A DNA stretch of 64,000 nt from Clostridia bacterium (GTDB lineage Bacteria; Bacillota; Clostridia; Christensenellales; Aristaeellaceae): positions 14,645 to 78,644 of the forward strand of contig JAFRPG010000100.1 of NCBI GenBank assembly GCA_017429265.1, given 5' to 3'. Made by a program: the position numbers and the translations under genes. The notes beneath the pieces were generated by a model. It searched no databases. It saw only the letters and a list, made by a program, of their open reading frames with translations, and had not been told where the DNA came from. Below are positions 28,705-36,161 of this stretch, one piece after another (the first letter of the stretch is position 1; the number at the start of each line of letters is the position of its first letter).

Positions 28705-29046
28705 TCTGGGAGCCTCTCTTTCTGCCTTGCGGCGGTCGTGGTGGAAATGGGTGAAGTTGATCCATCAGAATGGTTTGGGTCTAACAGCAGAAGACGGGAC
28801 GGTCAGACCATCCGGGACGGTGAGCGTGTTTGCCGTGCCGTGCTGACCGGGTCGCAAGCGGCCTTATGTCTTCTGTCTGTTCGCCGGGTATGGCTTGCCC
28901 GGCATACCGCATTACTCTGTCTGTCGTCTATATGATCTTCGTTCGTGTCGCGGTTTCCTCTTTATGGACCTGCCATCATCAGCGCCAAGCGGTCAATCCT
29001 GGCGGACGGTCAGCCGATCTGCTGGCCGTTTCGGCTCGTAGGGGTT

Positions 29047-29535
29047 TTATGCCGGAAGCGTTACGCTTGCCCAGTTGGCGGAGACAATGCGCTCGCTGCC
29101 GTATTTGGCTTTGATCTCGTCAAGAGTCTTCTTTCCACCCTTTGTACAGATGTCGCTATCATCGCGGTAATACCAGGCTTTATGTGAGTGACTCCATCGG
29201 TATCCTGCCGCCTTCAGTTCGTCCCGGCACGGGTATGTGTTGCCCGTTGCCCATAACCAGCGACCTACCAATTCAAGCACAATATCAGGATAATGTGCTG
29301 CAACTTCGACAGCCCGTCGGAATGCATCGGCATCAAACACGCTGTAATCCGTGTTAACCTTCTGTCCAGGCTTGCTATCTCCGGCGAGCCGTTCGGCGGC
29401 TTGCTCATATTGCCGGTTTACTTCCTTCATGGTTTCATCTGAACCGCCATGATCTGGATGGTACTGCATCGCGGCCTTGTGATAAGCCTTCTTCAACTCT
29501 TCGACAGAGGTGCAATGATCAAAGTATTTTGTCAT
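29047..29535 (-). CDS. J-domain (DnaJ-like) protein with an unknown C-terminal domain
   Basis: LKKAYHKAAMQYHPDHGG (HPD motif). C-terminus LELVGRWLWATGNTYPCRDELKAAGYRWSHSHKAWYY. Start set to MTKYFDH. Confidence 0.8.
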   Translation of the reverse strand: MTKYFDHCTSVEELKKAYHKAAMQYHPDHGGSDETMKEVNRQYEQAAERLAGDSKPGQKVNTDYSVFDADAFRRAVEVAAHYPDIVLELVGRWLWATGNTYPCRDELKAAGYRWSHSHKAWYYRDDSDICTKGGKKTLDEIKAKYGSERIVSANWASVTLPA

Positions 29536-29555
29536 TTCTGAGACGCTCCCTTCCG

Positions 29556-29687
29556 TTACAGTCTGTTCTCCCTGATCCACTGAATCCGCTTCTCCAATCG
29601 TTTGTAGTCCTCTGTCTCAATTTCTGTTTCTGTGACCAGCTTGCAGATCAACATGGACAGAATGTCTTTCCAGTTATCCCTTGTCAT
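29556..29687 (-). CDS. small hypothetical protein (43 aa)
   Basis: MTRDNWKDILSMLICKLVTETEIETEDYKRLEKRIQWIRENRL*, with GAGAGGGG upstream. Packed between the 136-aa ORF and the J-protein. Too short for the ORF track. Confidence 0.4.
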   Translation of the reverse strand: MTRDNWKDILSMLICKLVTETEIETEDYKRLEKRIQWIRENRL

Positions 29688-29768
29688 ACTGTACCCCTCT
29701 CTTGGCTTGCCATCATCAGCGGACAGGTTGCCGTCCTGCCCGGACCGGGAAGAGCTCCCGGTTTCGGC

Positions 29769-30179
29769 TTATGCAGTCTGCAATGCTGGGTCCTGTACAA
29801 TGATCCCGTACCGTGTGACTATGTTTTCAATGGCTTGTTTCGCGGCCTTCTTTTGCGTGGTCTCATATATGCTCGGGCTACCGAGTGTGGTATCTGCTTC
29901 ATAAACATGGGTGATTGTCATGGCTTTACCGTCATCGCTCATTGTCACAACGTTATACATCTCTGTGTAAAGACGCTCACTCCTGATGTCCACTGTCAGC
30001 TCAATAGTAGGATTGTCGCGGCCTGCAAGGCGCTTTGCAATGTAGCTGATAGCATTCTGGGTAGCGGTATAGTCGCCGATCTCGAAGAAGGAGAATGTTT
30101 CGGTTCGGTTGATCACGCTGCCGAGTGCAGGTTCATAGATATGGCTGCGAGTTGTGGCGTTTACAGTGAAGGTTGTCAT
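29769..30179 (-). CDS. hypothetical protein (island cargo, 136 aa), first gene of the leftward operon
   Basis: Start MTTFTVNATT after AAAGAAAGAGAGGGA. No motif recognised. Confidence 0.6.
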   Translation of the reverse strand: MTTFTVNATTRSHIYEPALGSVINRTETFSFFEIGDYTATQNAISYIAKRLAGRDNPTIELTVDIRSERLYTEMYNVVTMSDDGKAMTITHVYEADTTLGSPSIYETTQKKAAKQAIENIVTRYGIIVQDPALQTA

Positions 30180-30214
30180 CTGGGATCCCTCTCTTTCTTT
30201 AGTCGATACTTGTT

Positions 30215-30260
30215 TACCACCTATTTGTGGTATGCTTAATACTACCACGTTTAAGTGGTA
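30215..30260. promoter_or_regulatory. two TACCAC-N6-GTGGTA operators in the leftward promoter region
   Basis: TACCACctatttGTGGTA at 30215-30232 and TACCACgtttaaGTGGTA at 30243-30260, 28 bp centre to centre. Confidence 0.6.
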
Positions 30261-30345
30261 TTGTGAATGTATGATCCGGCAATTTGTTCTAGACCATATA
30301 ACACATGTTTGTGTTTATTCTCTAATAACCGCTCCTGTCCGCGCG

Positions 30346-30517
30346 CTGCCGGTCCAGGGAAACTGCCGCTGGTTCAGCGAGCTGCCGCTAGTCCAGGGAG
30401 CCTGCGCCGGTTTAGGGAGCCTGCCGCTGGTAAGGAACCTGCCGCTGGTCCAGGGAGCCTGCCGCCGGTTTAGGGAGCCTGCTGCCGGTCCGGGAGCCTG
30501 CCGCCGATCCGGGGAGC
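30346..30517. repeat. iteron-like array: 9 contiguous 17-20-bp direct repeats (CTGCCGCTGGTCCAGGGAGC consensus)
   Basis: Units begin at 30346, 30363, 30382, 30402, 30421, 30439, 30459, 30479 and 30498. Units 3+4 and 6+7 form a ~40-bp higher-order repeat. A GC-rich block in AT-rich surroundings. Confidence 0.85.
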
Positions 30518-30592
30518 CCACCCTAGGGGAAATGAGCAAAATTATGATCAGCGTTGTTAGTCATTTGAGTAGGCGCTGGAAACAAAAAGGAC

Positions 30593-30621
30593 TTGACTAT
30601 ACCACATTTGCGTGATATAGT
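30593..30621 (+). promoter_or_regulatory. promoter of the XRE gene overlapped by a third operator
   Basis: TTGACT (30593-30598), 17-nt spacer, TATAGT (30616-30621). TACCACatttgcGTGATA at 30600-30617 spans the spacer and -10. Confidence 0.6.
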
Positions 30622-30643
30622 ATTGTTTGAGAAGGAGGTAATT

Positions 30644-30904
30644 ATGTACATGAATGAAAAAGAGATCGTTCGGGCTGCTATTAAGTCCAGGGCCTTGACA
30701 CAGGAAGCGGTTGCAAAAGCCTGTGGGTATCAGCGGCAAAGTAATCTGACACGCCTTCTTGCAAGCGACAGCATGAAGGTCGACAGTTTTCTCATGGTCA
30801 TGGATGCACTGGGATTCGATGTTATTGTCACAGACCATAGCGACGCAACATACTCTTGGAAGCTAGAGAGAATTCATACCGAATCAGCAGATACTATCGG
30901 CTGA
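30644..30904 (+). CDS. XRE-family HTH regulator (candidate island repressor)
   Basis: ATG 6 nt after GAAGGAGG. HTH LTQEAVAKACGYQRQSNLTRLL. Confidence 0.75.
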   Translation: MYMNEKEIVRAAIKSRALTQEAVAKACGYQRQSNLTRLLASDSMKVDSFLMVMDALGFDVIVTDHSDATYSWKLERIHTESADTIG

Positions 30905-32221
30905 TGTGAGAATCAAATACAGTGCCCCGGATGGCTGCCGGAAGCCCTTCTCTTGTACACAACGTTCGAGAATAAAACGTTGCAGCATGTCGCTTTCCGC
31001 TCGATATTCGGCGATCATATCCTTCACACACTGTGGTGGTGTAAGTTTATAGCCATTTTCTATAAAGCGTTTAGCTCCCTCTATTATCCAAGTAAGGATC
31101 GCACCACCACAGTTGTTAACAAGCCAATCAGCATAGTTTTTCTTCTCTCCCGATTGTCCTCGAAATCTGGCATTAAACGGGATTAAGACTAGCCGGTCCC
31201 ATGTGCCATCATCCGTAGCCCGGACCTTGGGTAGGACATTTGTGTAAAGCACGGCGGTATGACTTGGCGTAAAGACGAATCCATCCTTGAATTTGTGTTC
31301 TCCTCGGATGGGATCGGTAGATGAAAGAAGCTTGACGGCTGACGAGTCAAGCCGCTGTCCTTCCCGTAATTCTGCCGCCAAGATAAGACGTTTACCTCTG
31401 AGATCGCCATAGATGAAATTTTTGTTCATCCGAGTGTCTAGTGTCAGGATATCCGCTGGTACGCTGAAGCTATAATCTCCAAGAACCGTTGCTATGGCGT
31501 TGAAGAAGGTTGATTTGCCGTTACCGCCGGGACCGATGGCGATAAAGATTTGTTCACTGTACACTTTACCGATGGCAATCGCTCCCACAACCTCTTGCAA
31601 ATAACACGATAGTTCCTTGTCACTCTCACAGATTGAATCAATGAATTCTAGCCATTTGACGGCTCCATCCCTTGATGGAGAACAACCGGTTATCATGGTA
31701 AGCATGTCTGCAGGGTTATGAGGGTGGACTTCGCCGCTCCTAAGATCAACAGTTCCTGCCGGAGTATTCAAGTATTCCGGGATAGCATCCAGATCTTCAA
31801 TCCTGATCTCCAGATATGGCGCGGCTTCACGAAGAACAGCACTAACTTTGTTTGTCTGCTGATATGTCAGAGCTGATCTCCTATTCATTTGAGCCTGCGA
31901 CTGTTTGTTTCTAGCCTGAGTCGCCTTCAGCTTGTCCCCGTCTCGCTCTGCCTGTTGTTCTTCGATAAGGGCTAATTTCTCCATATTGGACGCGATGTCT
32001 TCTTGAGTCTTCACCAGCTCATGCACCGCCCGCCTTGCATTCTGATCACCCATAACCCAACGTTGGCCATCAAATGACATCCAGCGCGTTGCTTCAGAAT
32101 AACACAGTTTATTTTTGTATCGACTAGCCAGGACGCTCGCTTCTCCAACATCTGTGAAGTGTGTAGGAAAGATTTCAAGGAGGTGGTCGTCATTGATAGG
32201 ATTTAGATGGATTTTGCTCAC
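30884..32221 (-). CDS. D5/P4-family SF3 helicase (phage/plasmid primase C-terminal domain), candidate Rep
   Basis: Walker A AIGPGGNGKST, Walker B LILAAE, D5_N-like N-terminus. No obvious primase (AEP/toprim) domain. Confidence 0.8.
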   Translation of the reverse strand: MSKIHLNPINDDHLLEIFPTHFTDVGEASVLASRYKNKLCYSEATRWMSFDGQRWVMGDQNARRAVHELVKTQEDIASNMEKLALIEEQQAERDGDKLKATQARNKQSQAQMNRRSALTYQQTNKVSAVLREAAPYLEIRIEDLDAIPEYLNTPAGTVDLRSGEVHPHNPADMLTMITGCSPSRDGAVKWLEFIDSICESDKELSCYLQEVVGAIAIGKVYSEQIFIAIGPGGNGKSTFFNAIATVLGDYSFSVPADILTLDTRMNKNFIYGDLRGKRLILAAELREGQRLDSSAVKLLSSTDPIRGEHKFKDGFVFTPSHTAVLYTNVLPKVRATDDGTWDRLVLIPFNARFRGQSGEKKNYADWLVNNCGGAILTWIIEGAKRFIENGYKLTPPQCVKDMIAEYRAESDMLQRFILERCVQEKGFRQPSGALYLILTSADSIC

Positions 32222-32291
32222 CTTTACATCTCCTTTCCGGTGAGATCACTTTGCTTTCCTTTGTCTCTGTTGATATGAGGTCATACGCCAT

Positions 32292-32510
32292 TTACCTCAG
32301 GGCATCCTGTGCCTCGGCATGGAGAGCATCTAGGAAGATGGGAACATCGACCAGAATTGTAGTTCCTGCACGTATGACCGGCAGACGTCCTTCATGAAAA
32401 CGCTTTCGAAGTTCAAATTCGCTGATGCCCGTTCGTTTCGATGTTTCACGAATAGTCGCAAAAGGTTTTGTTCCAAGTTCGGCTGCTTGAGGTTTGGTTA
32501 TCTTCGTCAT
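32292..32510 (-). CDS. excisionase/MerR-like HTH DNA-binding protein
   Basis: FATIRETSKRTGISEFELRKRFHEGRLPVIRAGTTILV (HTH_17-like). Start set to MTKITKP. Confidence 0.65.
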   Translation of the reverse strand: MTKITKPQAAELGTKPFATIRETSKRTGISEFELRKRFHEGRLPVIRAGTTILVDVPIFLDALHAEAQDALR

Positions 32511-32864
32511 TTCATTGCTCCTTTCTCGCAAAATAGACAAAAAGCGCCTTGTGCATTTCTCGCACAAGGCGCCGTCTTATCATAGAACGGAGTATCACCG
32601 TTCGCCCATATCGTAGCACTTTCGGCAACACATGTCAAGCCAATTTCACGACCAAAATACTCTTGCCAAAACCATACTTCTGTGATATATTATATAAGGA
32701 AACAATATATCATCACTTTAAATATCACGTAAGCATTTATGAAATTATTTTTACACTATTCTATAAAACGTGATCTTCCCACTATTGATTCAGAAGGATT
32801 CCAAAAGACTTTGGGGGATTCTGCGATACTCTGCAAGATTCTTGGAAAAACGGAGGTAACCCAA

Positions 32865-34049
32865 ATGGCAACAAAAAAGAGCAACACGAGAGCCGCAAAC
32901 GGAAACGGGACAATTCGTCAGCGTGCTGATGGGAGATGGGAGGGTCGCCTAACCGTTGAGTGGGATGCCGGAAGCGGAAAGCAAAAACAACGCTCCTTCT
33001 ATGGATGGAGTCAAAAAGAGGTCGCAGAAAAACTGCGGGCTGCTGCTGTTGAACGAGATAAAGGTCTCAACGTCAAAACGCCGGAGAAAATCACTGTCTC
33101 CTCCTGGCTTCAAACATGGTTAACGACATACTGCACCACAATTAAACCGAACACGCTATACACCTACAAAAAGCAAGTTGATTGCCGGATAGTCCCTGCA
33201 CTCGGCGCTGTTAAACTGACTGCACTTCGACCGGACCAGGTGCAGAAATCCGTGAATAATCTTACGAAGGGTGATGATCCGCTTTCCCCCAAAAGCATCA
33301 AAAACTGCGTTGCTGTCCTGCGTTCAGCCATGACCAGGGCTGTCCAGAATGACCTGATTCGGAAGAACCCTTGCGATAACGTAGAACTTCCCAAAGCAAA
33401 GAAAAAAGAAATCCAGCCATTGGACGAGACCGGTATCGCTGAGTTTATGAAAGCCATAAGCGGCCATCATAACGAGCTCATATTTAAGATTGCATTGTTT
33501 ACGGGTATGCGTCAGGGGGAACTGATGGGTCTAAAGTGGAGTGATATAGATTTTGACAAGGGATTGATCACCATTCAGAGACAGCTTGTACACGGAAAAA
33601 CCAAGGGAACGGGTTACAGTATGGCCAGCACAAAAACAGATGCTATCAGGACCATCAGACCCGCTCCCCTAGTGCTGGATTGGTTAAAGTCATGGCAAAA
33701 AGAACAATCCGCTTTACGTCTTCGTTTCGGTAAACAGTGGGGTGACAATTTCGGTGGATTGGTTTTCACTGATGTCACCGGTCAACATCTATGTCATTCA
33801 ACATTGACACATGAAGCCCGGCGTTTCGGGAAAGCTATTGGCAAACCGGATCTACGCTTTCACGATCTTCGGCACTCGTATGCGGTCATGTGCATACGAG
33901 CTGGAGATGACTTTAAAACTATCAGTTCAAACTTAGGTCATACTACCATCACGATAACAATGGATATTTACGCAGCGTTCACAAACGATATGGCCCTGGC
34001 TTCGTCAAACAGAATGACCGCATATATGCAGAGTATCGGGGTAGGTTGA
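32865..34049 (+). CDS. int: tyrosine-type site-specific integrase
   Basis: R (TGMRQGEL), H-x-x-R (HDLRHSYA), LGHTTITITMDIY catalytic Tyr. ATG after GGAGGT. Lies adjacent to the tRNA. Confidence 0.9.
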   Translation: MATKKSNTRAANGNGTIRQRADGRWEGRLTVEWDAGSGKQKQRSFYGWSQKEVAEKLRAAAVERDKGLNVKTPEKITVSSWLQTWLTTYCTTIKPNTLYTYKKQVDCRIVPALGAVKLTALRPDQVQKSVNNLTKGDDPLSPKSIKNCVAVLRSAMTRAVQNDLIRKNPCDNVELPKAKKKEIQPLDETGIAEFMKAISGHHNELIFKIALFTGMRQGELMGLKWSDIDFDKGLITIQRQLVHGKTKGTGYSMASTKTDAIRTIRPAPLVLDWLKSWQKEQSALRLRFGKQWGDNFGGLVFTDVTGQHLCHSTLTHEARRFGKAIGKPDLRFHDLRHSYAVMCIRAGDDFKTISSNLGHTTITITMDIYAAFTNDMALASSNRMTAYMQSIGVG

Positions 34050-34068
34050 TGCCTCTTTGAAGGCTAAT

Positions 34069-34087
34069 AAGGGTAAAAACAAGGGTA
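34069..34087 (+). promoter_or_regulatory. AAGGGTA direct repeats (candidate arm-type sites, right end)
   Basis: AAGGGTA at 34069-34075 and 34081-34087, between the int stop and the tRNA. Confidence 0.4.
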
Positions 34088-34108
34088 ATTGGCCTTATTT
34101 CGGTATGC

Positions 34109-34143
34109 AAAACCCCTTGGAAACGCTTGATTTCCAAGGGGTT
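34109..34143 (-). terminator. element-supplied terminator for the reconstituted tRNA-Trp
   Basis: AACCCCTTGGAAA-loop-TTTCCAAGGGGTT followed by TTTTG on the minus strand. Begins and ends like the native terminator at 27372-27407. Confidence 0.6.
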
Positions 34144-34148
34144 CCGCT

Positions 34149-34172
34149 CAAGCAGGGGCTGAAGGATTCGAA
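34149..34172. repeat. att repeat (3' end of the intact tRNA-Trp)
   Basis: Identical to 27411-27434. Confidence 0.9.
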
Positions 34173-34223
34173 CCCTCAACAAAGGTTTTGGAGACCCACG
34201 TGTTACCATTACACCAAGCCCCT
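34153..34223 (-). tRNA. trnW: tRNA-Trp (anticodon CCA)
   Basis: Hand-folded: acceptor AGGGGCT/AGCCCCT, D arm GTGT-AATGGTA-ACAC, anticodon loop CTCCAAA, T arm GAGGG-TTCGAAT-CCTTC, discriminator G. CCA is not encoded. Confidence 0.85.
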
Positions 34224-34326
34224 AAATGGCACAGTTGGTATAGTATCACGGAAAAAAGCGTTTGTCAATAGCCGAAATTCGGCAGATCGCACGCGGCGGG
34301 GCAGCCTCCCGCGATTGACATTTTTC

Positions 34327-34355
34327 TTGACAATCCACCCTCCTGTTGGTAAAAT
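34327..34355 (+). promoter_or_regulatory. strong sigma-70-type promoter for the mgtE leader
   Basis: TTGACA (34327-34332), 17-nt spacer, TAAAAT (34350-34355). Confidence 0.6.
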
Positions 34356-34361
34356 GAAGGC

Positions 34362-34520
34362 ATTCACAAGGACAAAAGTGAGGTGAGACAGGGTGGACGG
34401 TTATGACAGTATAGGAGACGGCGCGGACGCTGGGCCGTACACCCGGTCTCTGCCGGGCTGAGAGGCTCTGCGCCGCTCTGTGTTCCTGCCTGTCACAGGG
34501 AAAGACAGTCAGGTTTTTTG
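34362..34520 (+). promoter_or_regulatory. structured mgtE 5' leader ending in an intrinsic terminator (M-box candidate, unverified)
   Basis: About 210-nt leader. GAGGTGAGAC and GGACGCTGGGCC resemble M-box blocks. CCTGCCTGTC-loop-GACAGTCAGG plus TTTTTT lies at about 34486-34520. Confidence 0.4.
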
Positions 34521-34572
34521 ACGTGCTGCGGCTTGCGATGCGGGCCGCGGATGCAGAAAGGAGCGGATTCCC

Positions 34573-36141
34573 ATGGATGAGGAGAAGAAGCTTGCCGCCG
34601 AAGAAGCCGTGGAGACGGCTGCTCCCCCGGAGGCCGGCACGGTCGATCCGAATGATTCCGGCGACAGGCACGCCGCCGAGAAGAATGAGAAAGAAAACAA
34701 AGACGACGAGCGCGAGGAAGAGTTCGAGCACCCCGATTACGCCGATGAGCTCGAACAGATCATCCGCAGCGGCATCCCGGACGACGAGATGCGCGAGCGC
34801 CTCGCCGATTACCACTACAACGACATCGCGGACGTCCTGGAGCGGCTGACGCCAGAGGAACGCAGACGCCTCTACTCCCTCCTCGGTGCGGAAGAAGTCT
34901 CCGAGATCTTCGCCTACCTGGACGACGCCAGCGACTTCATCGAGGAACTGACGCCCGAAACCGCCGCGCACATCGTCCAGGAGATGGACGCCGACGACGC
35001 CGTCGACGTGCTGGAAGACCTGAACGAGGAGCAGCAGGAAGCCATCATCTCCCACATGGACGAGGAGTCCAGGGCGGACGTCCAGCTGATCCAGTCTTAT
35101 TCGGAGGACGAGATCGGCAGCAAGATGACGACCAACTTCATCGTCATCCACAAGGGCATCACCGTCAAGGCCGCCATGCGCGCGCTGGTGGATCAGGCGG
35201 CGGAGAACGACAACCTCTCCACGATCTACGTCGTGGATCAGGAGGAGCGCTTCTACGGCGCGATCACCCTGCAGGACCTGATCATCGCGCGGGAGCACAC
35301 CGACCTGGAGGACCTGATCACAACCTCCTACCCCTACGTCTATGACCACGAGGACGTGGCCGCCTGCATCGAGCAGCTGAAGGACTACAGCGAGGACTCC
35401 ATCCCCGTGGTGGACAGCGACATGAAGCTGCTCGGCATCATCACCTCCCAGGACCTGGTCGAGGTCGTGGACGAGGAGATGGGCGAAGACTACGCCAAGC
35501 TGGCCGGTCTGACCGACGAGGAGGAAATCAACGAGCCGCTGAAGCAGTCGATCAAGAAGCGCCTGCCCTGGCTGATCACCCTGATGGGCCTCGGTCTCGT
35601 GGTCTCCCTCGTGTCAAGTTCGTTCACGGGCATCATGAGCGTGATGGCCATCGCCGTGGTCTTCCAGTCCATGATCTTCGACATGTCGGGCAACTCGGGC
35701 ACCCAGTCCCTGGCCGTCACGATCCGCATCCTGACCGACAACGAGATGGATGCCAGGACGCGCATGCGCATGATCTTCAAGGAGGTCAAGGTGGGCCTGA
35801 GCAACGGCCTGATCCTCGGCATCCTTTCCTTCGTGGCGGTAGGCCTGTTTGTCTACTTCTTCAAGCAGGACCAGCTTCCCGACGGCAGCGGTGGACGCGA
35901 GCTCCTCGTCTCCTTCGGCTGCAGCGCGTGCATCGGCCTGTCGATGGTCATCGCCATGACCCTCTCCAGCTTCAACGGCACGGTGATCCCGATGATCTTC
36001 AAGAAGATCGGCATCGATCCCGCCGTGGCCTCCGGGCCCATGATCACCACCCTCAGCGACCTGATCGCCGTGGTGACCTACTACTCGCTGGCCGGTCTCC
36101 TGCTGAACATCCTGCAGCTGGGCCTGCAGACCGGGGTCTGA
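34573..36141 (+). CDS. mgtE: magnesium transporter MgtE with acidic N-terminal extension
   Basis: MgtE N-domain, CBS pair and TM domain with DMSGNSGTQS. Confidence 0.9.
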   Translation: MDEEKKLAAEEAVETAAPPEAGTVDPNDSGDRHAAEKNEKENKDDEREEEFEHPDYADELEQIIRSGIPDDEMRERLADYHYNDIADVLERLTPEERRRLYSLLGAEEVSEIFAYLDDASDFIEELTPETAAHIVQEMDADDAVDVLEDLNEEQQEAIISHMDEESRADVQLIQSYSEDEIGSKMTTNFIVIHKGITVKAAMRALVDQAAENDNLSTIYVVDQEERFYGAITLQDLIIAREHTDLEDLITTSYPYVYDHEDVAACIEQLKDYSEDSIPVVDSDMKLLGIITSQDLVEVVDEEMGEDYAKLAGLTDEEEINEPLKQSIKKRLPWLITLMGLGLVVSLVSSSFTGIMSVMAIAVVFQSMIFDMSGNSGTQSLAVTIRILTDNEMDARTRMRMIFKEVKVGLSNGLILGILSFVAVGLFVYFFKQDQLPDGSGGRELLVSFGCSACIGLSMVIAMTLSSFNGTVIPMIFKKIGIDPAVASGPMITTLSDLIAVVTYYSLAGLLLNILQLGLQTGV

Positions 36142-36161
36142 CCCGGACGGAGTTGATCGCA

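Larger units (their letters stand above)
27411..34172. mobile_element. integrative, replicative, satellite-like element in tRNA-Trp (~6.8 kb)
   Basis: Bounded by identical 24-bp direct repeats, one of which is the tRNA 3' end. Interior looks AT-richer. Carries int, xis-like HTH, D5 helicase, XRE repressor and iterons. No structural or transfer genes. Confidence 0.85.

Noticed and set aside
28343-29187. Plus-strand ORFs 28343-28525, 28362-28754, 28654-28935, 28830-29114 and 28945-29187.
   Set aside because: They lie antisense to the leftward operon (Gp157-like gene, J-protein), have no RBS and have odd composition. The minus strand carries the recognisable genes.
30346-30517. Possible CRISPR array.
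   Set aside because: The repeats are contiguous and degenerate with no unique spacers, the unit is only 17-20 bp, and there are no cas genes in the window.
30267-30539. ORFs of 68 aa (+) and 74 aa (-) across the repeat block.
   Set aside because: They exist only because the 19-20-bp repeat keeps frames open (PAAGPGSL-type repeats). They have no RBS and lie between divergent promoters. Interpreted as iterons, not coding.
27411-34172. Interpretation as an ordinary prophage or as an ICE/IME.
   Set aside because: No capsid, portal, terminase, tail or lysis genes are present, and no relaxase, coupling protein or T4SS. At 6.8 kb it is too small. Satellite-like or a heavily reduced remnant are the remaining options.
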